Below the pieces are notes generated by a model. It was not told the DNA's origin. It did no database searches and was given only the letters and a program-made list of their open reading frames with translations. Both the position numbers and the translations under genes were made by a program. This document shows positions 37,928 through 49,100 of a DNA stretch of 64,000 bases, piece by piece; position 1 is the stretch's first letter, and every line of letters starts with the position of its first letter. Source of the stretch: Elusimicrobiota bacterium (GTDB taxonomy: Bacteria; Elusimicrobiota; Elusimicrobia; FEN-1173); the NCBI GenBank assembly GCA_016721625.1, contig JADKHR010000001.1, positions 2,611,807 through 2,675,806 on the forward strand, in the 5' to 3' direction.

Positions 37928-39750
37928 TCCCTCGGCCAGTTCCGACGGCGGCCGTTCTTCTTTGTTTCCTCGGTTCCGTGGGCCGGGGAGAAGAGGACGC
38001 CGTGAGCCACCTGGAACGGCGCACCGAAGACGGAGAGGACCCGGAGACGGCGCCTGGGCTTGGGTTCTCCGGAGAGGTTCGGGTTCGCGCCCGGGAGGTG
38101 CTTCCCCCGGGATCCACCTACGACGCCGCGCCGCCGGAACTCCAACACAATGTCTATTTTTACCAGCGGACCCGGTTGGCCCTGGGACGCGTGGGCGCCG
38201 GATGGCTGGCCAAGCGGGCCAGTGTGGGCCCCGCTCTTTCTATGGAAAATTTAAACCGTTACGGGATTTTAAAAGGGGCCGTGGAACTTCGGGACTGGGG
38301 TCCCGTCGCGCGGGCCGTGGCCGGAAACTTCACGATGGCTTTGGGCCAAGGCCTCCTGTTCTATGACGGGTTCGGGGAATTCGTTCGTCCGGTCCAGGTC
38401 AAAGACAAGGGGCCCCGCCCCGACTATACCACCAGCGCCAACGACCATCTCCGGGGGGCGGCGGCGCGGGTCCACCTCGGCCCTTTGGGGGTGGACCTGT
38501 TCACTTCCGAAAAACCCCTGGATTTCCCGCTCAACCCGGACGGAAGCGTGAACGCCAACCTCGACACCCTACACGAGGGAACGGGCGACGTCCAGACCGC
38601 CGAAGCCCTCGAGAACAACAACAGCGTCTCCGAACAGCTGGCGGGGGGGCGGCTGGCTTGGCGGTGCGGGGTCCTCCAGGGCGGCCTGTCCGGATTCGGC
38701 CTCCGGTTCAGCCGCCCTTTCAATCCGGTGGACGACCAATTCGCCGATGCCCGGGCCTTTCGCGGCGACGGCTTGACTCTGGTGGGCGGGGACGTGGAAG
38801 CGGCCATCCAGGAATGGCGGTTCGTTTTTGAGGCCGCCCGTTCCCGCTCCTCCGGCCCCGGCATGGTCAAGCCCGGCGGGCCGGCGTGGACAGGGTCCGC
38901 TCTTTGGGGGGCGGGGCGCTCCCACTTCTGGCTGGGGCTCTTCGACTACGATCCGGATTTCATTTCTCCCCATGGAAAAGGATTGGCCTTCGGCGTTTCC
39001 GGCGGGCCCGAAAACCTTCCCCGTAACCAGAACGGCGGTGTGCTGGGAGGAGAATGGGTCGTCGGGTTCTGGGCGGGACGGGTCAACGCGACCTTCGCCC
39101 GGTTCCCGGAGGCTGTGGGTGACGGCACCAACACGGGGCCCATCGCTCCATCCCAGGCCCGCTACCTTTTGGCGGACCAGCGCTGGGCCGCTGGAAAAGA
39201 TCTCGAACTTCGACTTATGTTTCAGGAGCGGTTGGAAGACAAAAATCTCCCGGACCCGGTTTCGGGGTTTCCTCGCCAGGTCGCCGAACGGACGCAGAAA
39301 TGGAGGGGCGCCGTGGCCTGGGACCCGACGCCCGGGGTTCGCTGGACGCTTCGTCACGACCTCCGTCTGGAGCGGACCCCCGCCTTTGGGGTAAGCCAGT
39401 CGGGGCGAATGTGGGTGGCCGACGCCGCGTTCGCCCCGCATCCGGGAACGCGGATCAAAGTCCGGACCTATTTTTTCAACTCTCCCGAGGCCTACCTCAC
39501 GACGGGACCCGAGGAAATTTGGGACGGCGTGGTTTACGACCGCTTGGCGGGAAACCAGGGAAACCTTCGCGGGTCGCCGGGGACGAGGACTTATGTGATC
39601 TTTGGACAGAACATCGGTCTCTCGCGCCTCTGGGGAAAATTCGAAATCACCAGCCGTCCGGAACAGGCGGAGGGACGATCGTCGAATCCGGCCCCGGCCC
39701 GGCGGGCGTGGCACGTTCAATGGGATGGACGTTGGGGCCCGAAATTATAG
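37924..39750 (+). CDS. large secreted/outer-membrane-associated protein (hypothetical), third gene of the LTD operon
   Basis: 608-aa ORF overlapping the previous stop (GTGA); signal-peptide-like N-terminus MIPRPVPTAAVLLCFLGSVGRG; Gly/Trp/aromatic-rich with no catalytic motif recognised. Confidence 0.5.
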   Translation: MIPRPVPTAAVLLCFLGSVGRGEEDAVSHLERRTEDGEDPETAPGLGFSGEVRVRAREVLPPGSTYDAAPPELQHNVYFYQRTRLALGRVGAGWLAKRASVGPALSMENLNRYGILKGAVELRDWGPVARAVAGNFTMALGQGLLFYDGFGEFVRPVQVKDKGPRPDYTTSANDHLRGAAARVHLGPLGVDLFTSEKPLDFPLNPDGSVNANLDTLHEGTGDVQTAEALENNNSVSEQLAGGRLAWRCGVLQGGLSGFGLRFSRPFNPVDDQFADARAFRGDGLTLVGGDVEAAIQEWRFVFEAARSRSSGPGMVKPGGPAWTGSALWGAGRSHFWLGLFDYDPDFISPHGKGLAFGVSGGPENLPRNQNGGVLGGEWVVGFWAGRVNATFARFPEAVGDGTNTGPIAPSQARYLLADQRWAAGKDLELRLMFQERLEDKNLPDPVSGFPRQVAERTQKWRGAVAWDPTPGVRWTLRHDLRLERTPAFGVSQSGRMWVADAAFAPHPGTRIKVRTYFFNSPEAYLTTGPEEIWDGVVYDRLAGNQGNLRGSPGTRTYVIFGQNIGLSRLWGKFEITSRPEQAEGRSSNPAPARRAWHVQWDGRWGPKL

Positions 39751-39762
39751 AATGAGGGCGGG

Positions 39763-41135
39763 ATGAACTACGACGCGATCGTCATCGGGGGGGGCATCAC
39801 GGGCGCCGGCGTTTTGCGGGACCTGGCGCTTCGCGGGGTCCGGTCCCTCCTGGTGGAAAAAGGCGAGTTCGGCCGGGCCACCACCGCCGCGTCCAGCCAC
39901 CTGATTCACGGGGGCCTCCGCTATCTCCTTTACGATCGTCTGACCACCCACGCCACGTGTTGGGATTCCGGCCACATCGTGCGCATGGCCCGCCCGCTCC
40001 TGACCCGGCTCCCGATCCTCTGGCCTGTCTACCGCGACCATCGGCGGGGCCTGGACACCGTGGAAACCCTGTTGGAATCCTACGACGGTTTTCAACCCAT
40101 GAAAGAGGGCCGGTCCCACCGGCGCCTCAGGGCGGAAGAAACCCTTCGGCTGGCGCCTGGATTAAAACGCGACGGATTGCGCGGGGGCCTGCTCTTCGAC
40201 GAATACTGGGTGGACGCGGTCCACCTGGTGGCGGCCAACATCGATTCGGCTGTTCGGGCGGGCGCGGAGGCCCGGACCGGGGTGGAGGTGATCGGGTTCG
40301 AACGGATGGGAAACTCCTCGGAGATTCGGGGGGTTCGCCTTCGCGGCGTGGACGGGAAAGAAGAAACTCTTTTGGCTCAAGTGGTGATCAATGCGGCGGG
40401 CCCCTGGGCGGACCGCGTCGCGGCCCTGGCGGGCGCGGAGGTTTCCCTCCGACTTCAGAAGGGCTCCCATTTGGTTTACCCTTCGAGCCCCTTGGGGGCC
40501 ATGCCGCTGAAAATGGGCTTTTGCTGGAGGCGGTGGATCGGGAGCGTTACGTGTTCATCCTTCCGGGGCAGGGAAAAACCTTGGTGGGCCCCACGGACCT
40601 GGCCGCCGCGGAGAGTCCGGACCATTTGACCGCCAGCGGGGAGGAAATCCAATACCTGATGGCCTCTTGCCGACGGTATTTTAAGGGGTTTCCGGAAAAC
40701 TTTACCGAAACGTCGGTGGGGGTCCGGCCCATCCTGGGGCAGAAAGGCCCTGAAAAACTTCTCTCCCGGGGTTTCCGGGTCATCGATCATGGGCGGGAGG
40801 GCGCCTCCCGTCTTGTCACCGTGGCGGGGGGGAAAATGTCAGACTTCCGTCTTATGGGGGAAGAGGCTGGGGACGCGGTTTCTCGATACCTTAAAACCGC
40901 AGGGCCTTGCTGGACCCGAACCCTGGCTCTGGACGGACAGAAAATCACGGACGCCACCGTCGGAGGGCCTCCTTCGACGCGGCTAAAAGAGTGGCTGGAT
41001 CTCCATCCTCGCTTGCGCGAGGCCCACGCCCTGGGGTGGTTGGGGGTGGCCTTTGCCCGGCACTTGGCACGGAAGGTTTTTGGCGGAAGTCGTCCGTCGA
41101 ACGTGGAAGACGTTTTGGTGCATTACGCGAAATAA
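39763..41135 (+). CDS. FAD-dependent glycerol-3-phosphate dehydrogenase (GlpA/GlpD family); reading frame interrupted near 40490-40510 (cccttggggg run)
   Basis: N-terminus MNYDAIVIGGGITGAGVLRDLALRG…SSHLIHGGLRYL (FAD dinucleotide fold) to …KGSHLVYP in ORF 39763..40629; conserved continuation …ENGLLLEAVDRERYVFILPGQGKTLVGPTD… and C-terminal domain in the frame of ORF 39957..41135. Confidence 0.7.
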
Positions 41136-41188
41136 GACTTGAAAAATCGGCCCATCGGGGCCATGCTTTCGGCACGAGGTAACCCTAT

Positions 41189-42283
41189 ATGACGGATGTT
41201 CAATTTCCAAACGGTCAAAACGAAATGCGGATTTCCGAGGATTCTCGGACGGAGTCCTTCAACGCCTGGGACCCGGAGATCACCGCCCAGATCGACGCCC
41301 TGGTTCAGCGGGCCCGCGCCTCCAACGTGGCGGAGGAAGACATCAGCGACTTGGTGCGGGAGATCGTCGTGACGGCGCTCAAAACCCAACACAGCCAACT
41401 GGGCCGGGGTGACGCCAAAATCTTGAGCCGCGCTTTGCGGGAACTTCGTTACGGTTTCCGCGTCTTCAGCCCGTACCGCCACCGGCGGAAAGTCACGATT
41501 TTCGGTTCGGCCCGTACCCGCTCTTCCGACGTGGACTACAAGCAGGCCCGGGCTTTTGCGCGGAAAATGGTCCAGCGCGGGTTCATGATCATTACCGGGG
41601 CCGGCCCCGGTATCATGCAAGCCGGAAACCAAGGCGCCGGTGCCGAACACAGTTTCGGCATCAACATCCGCCTCCCTTATGAACAGGGCACCAACGCTTT
41701 CGTGGACAAAGGCGAACGGTTCATCGATTGCCGTTTTTTTTTCACGCGCAAACTGATGTTCGTGAAAGAGGCCAACGCCGTGGCGCTTTTCCCCGGCGGG
41801 TTCGGCACCCATGACGAGGGGATGGAGGTCCTGACCTTGATTCAGACCGGGAAAGCCGACCCCATGCCCATCGTTTTCATCGACACGCCGGGCGGCGATT
41901 ATTGGAAAGACTGGGAGCGATACGTCCGCAAGCACCTCCTGCGGCGGGGTAAAATCGCCGAAGAGGACTTCAACCTTTTCCGCGTCACGGATTCCATCAC
42001 CCACGCGGCGGACGAGATCGCCCACTTCTACAAGAACTACCACTCCCTCCGCTATGTGCGGGACCGCATGGTGATCCGGCTCCAACGCCCCATCCCGCAG
42101 TTGAATCTGGATGTCATGGAACGAGAATTCAAAGACATTCTCCTGAAAGGCTCCCATTTCATGAACCAAACGGCCCTTCCCGAGGAGTCGGAATTTCCCG
42201 ACCTCCCCCGGCTCGTGTTTCCCTTCAACCGCTTCAATTTCGGCCGACTCCGCCTCCTCATCAACGCCCTGAACGAATTCTGA
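41189..42283 (+). CDS. LOG-family nucleotide 5'-monophosphate nucleosidase (PpnN/YgdH-like Rossmann-fold protein)
   Basis: LOG motifs VTIFGSAR…, [16 protein letters not shown] and [16 protein letters not shown]; extra N- and C-terminal segments as in PpnN-type proteins. Confidence 0.75.
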   Translation: MTDVQFPNGQNEMRISEDSRTESFNAWDPEITAQIDALVQRARASNVAEEDISDLVREIVVTALKTQHSQLGRGDAKILSRALRELRYGFRVFSPYRHRRKVTIFGSARTRSSDVDYKQARAFARKMVQRGFMIITGAGPGIMQAGNQGAGAEHSFGINIRLPYEQGTNAFVDKGERFIDCRFFFTRKLMFVKEANAVALFPGGFGTHDEGMEVLTLIQTGKADPMPIVFIDTPGGDYWKDWERYVRKHLLRRGKIAEEDFNLFRVTDSITHAADEIAHFYKNYHSLRYVRDRMVIRLQRPIPQLNLDVMEREFKDILLKGSHFMNQTALPEESEFPDLPRLVFPFNRFNFGRLRLLINALNEF

Positions 42284-42404
42284 AAAAGCGCCTAAAAAAA
42301 ACCGCCGCCCGGTCATTCCACTCCCTCCACGCTGTTCGAGGAATGATAAAATAAGTCACCGCACCCCCCGGGATTTTCTCCGGGGTCATTCGGAGGAGAT
42401 TCCC

Positions 42405-43769
42405 ATGAGCGAAACCGTGAAGTATTTCCTGGACGAAAAACGCATCCCGAAATTTTGGTACAACCTGGTGGCGGACCTGCCCGTTCCGCCGCCCCCCGTC
42501 CTTCACCCGGGGACACACCAACCCGTGGGCCCTGGCGACTTGGAGCCTTTGTTCCCCATGTCTCTCATCCTTCAGGAAGTGTCGCGGGAACGTGAAATCG
42601 AAATCCCTTCTCCCGTGCGAGAAATATACCGTCAATGGAGGCCGTCGCCCTTGTATCGGGCCCGGCGACTGGAAAAGGCGCTGGATACCCCGGCCCGGAT
42701 CTATTACAAATATGAAGGGGTGAGCCCGGCCGGCAGCCACAAACCCAACACCGCCGTCCCCCAGGCGTTCTATAATAAAGAAGCGGGCATCAAAAAGATC
42801 GCCACCGAAACCGGCGCCGGCCAGTGGGGGTCCTCCCTGGCCTTCGCCGGGGCGCTGTTCGGCATCGATGTTCAGGTCTTCATGGTCCGGGTCTCCTACG
42901 ATCAGAAACCCTATCGCCGGGCGCTGATGGAAACCTACGGCGCCCGGTGCGTGGCCTCCCCGTCGGAGGAAACCAACGCCGGCCGTGCCATCTTGGCCAA
43001 AAACCCCAAACATCCGGGGAGCCTCGGCATCGCCATTTCGGAAGCGGTGGAGGTGGCCGCCCAGCGGGACGACACGAATTACGCCCTGGGTTCGGTCCTG
43101 AACCACGTTCTTCTCCACCAAACCGTCGTCGGTCTGGAATCCATCGAGCAGATGGCCATGGCCGACGATTACCCCGATGTTTTGGTCGCTTGCACCGGCG
43201 GGGGGTCGAATTTCGGCGGGTTGGTGTTCCCGTTCCTGGGAGCGCAACTCCGGGGCGGAAAAAAAGTTCGCGTGGTGGCCGTGGAACCCGCCGCCTGTCC
43301 CAGCCTCACCCGGGGCAAGTTCGCCTACGATTTCGGCGATACCGCGCACCTGACCCCCTTGACCAAAATGCACACCCTGGGCTCGACCTTCACCCCTCCC
43401 GGCTTCCATTCGGGGGGCCTTCGGTACCACGGCATGGCCCCGCTCGTGAGCCACGCCATGGACCTGGGCCTGATCGAAGCCACGGCCTATCACCAGACGA
43501 CCTGTTTTGCCGCCGGGGTCCAATTCGCCCGGGCCGAAGGCATTCTCCCCGCCCCCGAAGCGAATCACGCCATTCGTGGCGCCATCAACGAGGCCCTGAA
43601 GTGCAAGGAGGAAGGCGTCTCCCGGGCGATCCTCTTCAACCTCTGCGGTCACGGGCACTTCGACATGCAGGCCTACATGGACTACAGCGCGGGCAAACTC
43701 ACCGACCAGAAACTGGACGAGGGCGAACTCGCCATGGCGTTGGCGGGCCTGCCTTCCGTGTCGGCATGA
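42405..43769 (+). CDS. TrpB2-type tryptophan synthase beta-like PLP-dependent enzyme
   Basis: 454-aa ORF (longer than TrpB1) with PLP-lysine motif [19 protein letters not shown] and glycine-rich GGGSNFGG loop; RBS GGAGGAG before ATG 42405. Confidence 0.85.
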   Translation: MSETVKYFLDEKRIPKFWYNLVADLPVPPPPVLHPGTHQPVGPGDLEPLFPMSLILQEVSREREIEIPSPVREIYRQWRPSPLYRARRLEKALDTPARIYYKYEGVSPAGSHKPNTAVPQAFYNKEAGIKKIATETGAGQWGSSLAFAGALFGIDVQVFMVRVSYDQKPYRRALMETYGARCVASPSEETNAGRAILAKNPKHPGSLGIAISEAVEVAAQRDDTNYALGSVLNHVLLHQTVVGLESIEQMAMADDYPDVLVACTGGGSNFGGLVFPFLGAQLRGGKKVRVVAVEPAACPSLTRGKFAYDFGDTAHLTPLTKMHTLGSTFTPPGFHSGGLRYHGMAPLVSHAMDLGLIEATAYHQTTCFAAGVQFARAEGILPAPEANHAIRGAINEALKCKEEGVSRAILFNLCGHGHFDMQAYMDYSAGKLTDQKLDEGELAMALAGLPSVSA

Positions 43770-44269
43770 ACCAGGACCTAGGCATGCGTCGTTTCGCCGG
43801 CCGGCTCTCGTCCTTTATCCTTTTCGGAGTCTTCGTGTCCTCGGCGTTGGGAGCCGCGGACGGGGAAAAATTCCAGGGCCGGGTGGTGGGAGTGGCCGCC
43901 GGTCACGCCGTGACGGTTTTAAACGAGGGCCGGAGCGCCCGAGTTCGTCTGTTCGACGCCCAATGTCCCCGATCGGACCAGCCCTTCGCGACCGCGGCGA
44001 AAAAATTCACCGCAACGGAAGTTTTTGAACAATTGGTGACGGTGGAGGTCAAAAGCCGGGATGCGAACGGCGTCATTTTCGCCAAGATCCGTCTTCCAGG
44101 CGGGCGATCCTTGAGCGAGATGTTGGTCAAGCAGGGGCTCGCCTGGTGGAACCGCACCGCCGCCCCCGACGACCGTCGGTTGGAGCGCCTCGAACGGAAA
44201 GCCAAAGAAGCCCGACGGGGTCTCTGGTCGGACCCCAACCCCGTCTCTCCCTGGAAGGTTCAGAAGTAG
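43766..44269 (+). CDS. secreted thermonuclease-family (staphylococcal nuclease-like, SNc) nuclease
   Basis: Signal peptide [25 protein letters not shown] then SNase fold features (…[15 protein letters not shown]…[16 protein letters not shown]…EARRGLW); ATG 43766 or 43784. Confidence 0.75.
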   Translation: MNQDLGMRRFAGRLSSFILFGVFVSSALGAADGEKFQGRVVGVAAGHAVTVLNEGRSARVRLFDAQCPRSDQPFATAAKKFTATEVFEQLVTVEVKSRDANGVIFAKIRLPGGRSLSEMLVKQGLAWWNRTAAPDDRRLERLERKAKEARRGLWSDPNPVSPWKVQK

Positions 44270-44315
44270 CTTAGCGACTCTCTTTAGGTAAATCGGATCG
44301 ATTGGCCCCGTTTTA

Positions 44316-44401
44316 GCCCAGGTGGTGAAATCGGCAGACACACAGGACTTAAAATCCTGAGGGCCGCAAGGCTCGTGCGGGTTCAAGTCCCGCCCTGGGC
44401 A
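44316..44401 (+). tRNA. tRNA-Leu (anticodon UAA), class II with long variable arm
   Basis: GCCCAGGTGGTGAAATCGGCAGACACACAGGACTTAAAATCCTGAGGGCCGCAAGGCTCGTGCGGGTTCAAGTCCCGCCCTGGGCA: 7-bp acceptor stem GCCCAGG/CCTGGGC, anticodon loop CTTAAAA (TAA), GGTTCAAGTCC T-arm; very close to E. coli tRNA-Leu(UAA); CCA not encoded; followed by CTTTTTG. Confidence 0.85.
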
Positions 44402-44453
44402 CGCTTTTTGAACCATCACTTAAGAGGTCCCGGAATTCCGGGGGGGAGGAACC

Positions 44454-45296
44454 ATGACGAAGTCCTTGGATGATGAGGGGTTTGGGCGGGAGAGGCCGAA
44501 CGTGTCGGCCTTGGCGGTCCCGGCGGCCTTGGGCGTTTTGCTTTTGGTCATCGCGATTTTTCGATCGATGGTGATCATTCCGGCCGGGTATGTGGGGGTT
44601 CGGGACCTTTTCGGAAATATCTCCGACCGGCCCCTGTCGGCGGGGCTCCATTTGATCAATCCGCTGGCGCGCGTGCACAAGATGTCAGTTCGGACCCAGG
44701 AGATCAAGGAATCCGCCAATGTCCCCTCCAAAGAGGGCCTGGTTCTCCAACTGGAGGCCTCCCTCCTCTACAGTCTAAAACCGGAGAAAGCGGCGGAGGT
44801 CTACCGGACCATCGGGCCCGTATTTGAGGAGGTCGTCGTGCTTCCCCAACTCCGGTCGACCATTCGCGGCGTCACATCGGTGTACGAAGCGAAGGCGCTC
44901 TATACCTCCGAGCGGGAGTTGATTTCCAGCGAAATCAAAAAACTTCTCGCCCCGCTCCTTGAAACCCGCGGCATCACCATGGAAAATGTCCTCCTCCGAA
45001 ACATCGCCCTGCCCCCGGTGCTGGGGGCCGCCATCGAAAAGAAGTTGGAGGCGGAACAACAGTCGGAGCAGATGAAATTCGTTTTGGAAAAGGAACGGCG
45101 AGAGGCGGACCGCAAGCGGATTGAAGCCCAAGGCATCGCCGATTTCCAAGCGATCGTCACCCGCGGGTTGAACGACAGTTTCCTTCGCTGGAAAGGGATT
45201 GAAGCCACCAAGGACCTCGCCAACAGCCCCAACGCCAAAATTGTCGTCATTGGAAGCGGCAAGGACGGACTCCCCATTATTTTGGGGGACAAGTAG
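44454..45296 (+). CDS. SPFH/band-7 (prohibitin/HflC-like) membrane protein
   Basis: N-terminal TM anchor then SPFH core (…IPAGYVGVRDLFG…) and coiled-coil EQQSEQMKFVLEKERREADRKRIEAQ. Confidence 0.85.
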   Translation: MTKSLDDEGFGRERPNVSALAVPAALGVLLLVIAIFRSMVIIPAGYVGVRDLFGNISDRPLSAGLHLINPLARVHKMSVRTQEIKESANVPSKEGLVLQLEASLLYSLKPEKAAEVYRTIGPVFEEVVVLPQLRSTIRGVTSVYEAKALYTSERELISSEIKKLLAPLLETRGITMENVLLRNIALPPVLGAAIEKKLEAEQQSEQMKFVLEKERREADRKRIEAQGIADFQAIVTRGLNDSFLRWKGIEATKDLANSPNAKIVVIGSGKDGLPIILGDK

Positions 45297-46048
45297 TTGC
45301 TTTTGGTTCGAGGCTTCGCTCTTCTCATCCCGATCTTCCAAATCCTCGCGGCCGTCCACGCCTTTCGTAACGGCCGAGAGTCCTATTGGTTGTGGATCAT
45401 CCTTCTCTTCCCCGGAGCGGGAACGCTGATCTATTTCTTCTCGGAAATTCTTCCCGACATACGCCGGGGATCTCTCTGGGATCTTTGGGAGGAGACTCTG
45501 TCGTCCTGGATCCCCGGTCGACAGTTGAAGCGTCTGCGGGAACAGCTGGAAATGACCGATACGGTCGCCAACCGGCAAGCCCTGGCCGAGTTCCTCCTGG
45601 AACTCGGGCGGGACCCAAGCTGGCCCTTTTTCAGGAATGTCTGGAGGGCCATTGGAAGGATGACCCTGAAATTCTGTTGGGCTTGGCGCGGGCCCATCTG
45701 ATGGCTGGGTCGCCCGATCTGGCCCTGGTTCCATTGGAGCTCCTGGAAAAGTCAAAACCCGAAGTCCAACCGGCGAAACGGGAACTCCTTATCGCGAGAA
45801 CGCTCGAGAAGAAAGGTCGGGTGGACGACGCCCTGCGCTTCTATGAACGGGCCGCTGCCCACGCCTCCGGCGCCGAGGCCTTTTTCCGGCAGGGGCTCTT
45901 TTTGGCGCGGTTGGGCCGGAAAGAGGAAGCTAAGAAGATTCTTGAACAGGTCCTCTCGCAGGCGAAAAGCTCGGGAAAAATCTACCGGCGCCTGGAGCGC
46001 GACTGGATTCAACGAAGCAAGCGGGTCTTGGCGGAATTGCGAAAATAA
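45297..46048 (+). CDS. membrane-anchored TPR-like protein (hypothetical); apparent frame change near 45600-45625
   Basis: ORF 45297..45701 encodes two TM helices and …ANRQALAEFLLELGRD then nonsense; the helical TPR-like tail (…LFQECLEGHWKDDPEILLGLARAHLMAG…RFYERAAAHASG… ) continues in the frame of ORF 45386..46048; weakly supported. Confidence 0.4.
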
Positions 46049-46131
46049 ATAGAAAAACGAAGGGAATGGGCCAAGTCCTGGTGGAAGTTTTATAATCTCT
46101 AACATTCCCGGACGGCGCGGGGAGACCAACC

Positions 46132-49100
46132 ATGCCCCTTTCCCTCGTTTGCGGTCCCTACGGTTTCCTTGAAAAAGCCTTTGTCTCCCATCTGACGGCC
46201 CGTCCCCCGGGACCGGCGAGACGGGTGGGGGTCGTGACCACCTCCCAACGCATGGCGGAGCGGCTCCAACGTCTCTTGGCCTTGGAGCGCGGCTTGGCCT
46301 TTTTCAACCTTCGCTTCCACACCCTCCACAGCCTTTCTCTGGACCTCCTTCGCGCGTCGGGGGCGATTCTTCCCGCGGTCAACAACGACGACCTATTTCA
46401 CGAGCGGTTGGTGGAGACGCTCTTGATCGAAAGCGGAGGGTGGGAGCCGGATCGCGCCCGCGCCTTGGCGGGGGCCCATCGAGCCACGCTTCGAGACCTG
46501 GTGGAAGCGGGGGTGGAAACGGCGAGTTTCCGTGAACACTTCGGCGATATGGAGATCCCCGGCGAAGGGAAGCTGTATCGTTTTTTGAACCTGGCCGACC
46601 GTTACCGCGAGCGGTTGGCGAGTTTGAACGTGGCCGGGTCCGCCGATCTGGGCCGGATGGCGACGGTCGCCGTGGAAGGCCACCCGGAAATTTTGGCGGG
46701 GTTTGACGAATTGCTTTACTATGGGTTCTATGATTTAAACGGGGCCCAATCGGATTTTTTGAGCGCGGTGGCCGGCCCAGGGCGGGTGACCCTTTTTTTC
46801 CCCTGCGTGAAAGGGCACGCGGGCTGGAAATTCGCCGAGCGATTTCTGGACCTTAAAATATCCGTTGGGGTCGGCGGTTCACGTTACGAAACGGCGATCG
46901 GTGAGGGGCCACTGGGGGACGCGCTGGGCGGATTGTTTGACCCAGGGTCGCCGCCCGTTCAGGCGGGAGAAAATGTTCGGATCATCGATGTTTCGGGAGA
47001 ACGCGACGAGCTTTGGCAGGTGGCCAAAGAAATACTTCAGCTTCGGGAACGTCGGTCCCCTCTGGAGTGGGAGGACATCGGCGTGGTGGCGCGGGGGTTG
47101 GACGCTTACGCGGAATTAATTCCGGAGATTTTCGGCGCCCATGGCATCCCCTATTCCATTTCAGAAGGGGGGCCGCTCCTGTCCCACCCGGCGGCGCGGT
47201 TGGCGTTGGACCTGATGGAGATATCCGGTCGGGGTCACGAACGCGACGCTCTTTTGGACGTCATCGGTTCCCCTTGTCTTCAAGATGAGGTCTTCGCGGG
47301 GCCTTCCCGCTCGGAAGCCCGGGCTTACTTGCTCCAAGGCGGACCCCGGGCGGGCCTGGCTCATTTGCTGGAGGGGTCGCCGATGGGACGCGAAGAAAAC
47401 CCCGACCCGCTCCGGCCCGCGCTTCCTCCCCAGGCCCTCAAAGATTTTGCGGTTCGTGTGAGCGCGGAGACGGAGGAACGAATTTTTCCTTGGGTGGAAC
47501 ACGCCCGCCGCGCCCGGCGGCGCATGGAACGGCTGATCGTTAAAAACCCGGAGACCGTGCCGGTGCTGGATCAAATGGAGGCCATTTTGGAACGCCTGGA
47601 GGAACTGGACCGTTTCTCCCCGCCGGTGGACGACGCGGAATTTTCGGAGACCTTCGTTGAGGCCCTGCGCCGCGCCCGGCGCCCGGGGACCGGGCCCGCG
47701 CAGGGGGTGCGGGTTTTGGGGGCCATGGAGGCGCGGGGCGAGAGTTTTGGCGCCCTCTTTCTCGTGGGTCTCAAGGAAGGCGTGTTCCCCCGGGTGGTTC
47801 GGGAAGATCCTCTTTTGGGGGACGACCTACGACGGATTCTTCGGGACCCCGGGGGCTACTGGATCCTTCCAAAACTGGAGGGGTACGACGAGGAAAAACT
47901 CTTGTTCACCCTGCTGGTCTCTTCGGCTCGGGAAAAACTTTACCTGCTTTATTCACGCTCCCGGGAGGACGGCCGGGCGGAAGTCCCCTCTCTCTATTTG
48001 AGGGAACTCGCGCGGGCGGCCGGAATGTCGTTGGACGAGGCGGAGCGCTTGCCTCGCCCCCCCTTGGAGAAATGGAACGCCGTTCCCCGGGGTCTTTTAA
48101 CGGTTCAAGAGGCGGGATTGGCCGACCTTCTGGAGGCTCGACCTCTTTCCGGCGAATGGGGCCGGATCGTCCAGCGGGCCGCCAAGATCTCGGCGTGGGC
48201 GGGGCCCACGGGGGTGGACGGTTTGGTGGGGCGCCCTGAGGCGTACCTCTCCCGGCGCGCCTCGCGGGGGCTCTCCCCCAGCGCGCTGGAGACTCTTGGC
48301 GATTGCCCCTTCGAATTCTTCCTTTCTCGTCTGGTGGGTCTCAGGGATCCCCGCGCGACCTGGGACGGAGAGAGCGTGAGCCCCTTCTTCGTCGGCACTC
48401 TTCAGCACGCGATCCTCCAACGGGTCTACGCCGGTTTCCTTTCCCAGGATCTTCCGGCCCCGGAAGAGGCCGTGGTCCGGGTTCGCGCCGAAACCCGGGC
48501 CCTCTTCTCTTCGTCGGGGGACCCGTCGGGCGGACCGTACCCCCTTCTTTGGGAAGCGCTTCAAAACACCGTCGAGCGCCAATTGGTTTCTTTCGTGGAC
48601 CGGGACCTGGCGAGGCTAAAGGCGGAGGGGTTCCGACCGGAAAAATTAGAGTGGGGGCTTCAGGCCCCCATGGGGAACGGCGAATTCCTTTGGTCCGGCC
48701 GGTTGGACCGGGTGGACTGGAACCCCGTGTCCCGTCGGTATTTTGTCGTGGATTACAAGAACCGAATCCGTGACAAATCCCTGGAAGAGCGCGTGCTGGA
48801 GGGGCATGTGCATCAGGCGCCGGCCTATCTGGAATTGCTGGAGGCCCAGAGAACCTGGGGACCGGAAACCCGTGCGGCCGGGGTTCGCTTCGAATACCTG
48901 GCGACCAACGAGACGGAAGAGTTCTCTGAGGCGGTTTGGCGGGAGAAACGGGGTGAAATCGAGGTCCGGCAAAGAGCCCTTCTTTCCACTCTCACCAACG
49001 GACGCTTTCTCATCCGCCCATCGGACGGCCCCGCGGGGCACTGCCGTTTCTGCGATTTCGCCCGAGCCTGCCGAAAAGCCCATGGACCTACCCGAAAAAG

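Noticed and set aside
41123-43658. 397-aa and 465-aa - strand ORFs
   Set aside because: Antisense to the LOG-family and TrpB2 genes; no motifs, typical high-GC shadow frames.
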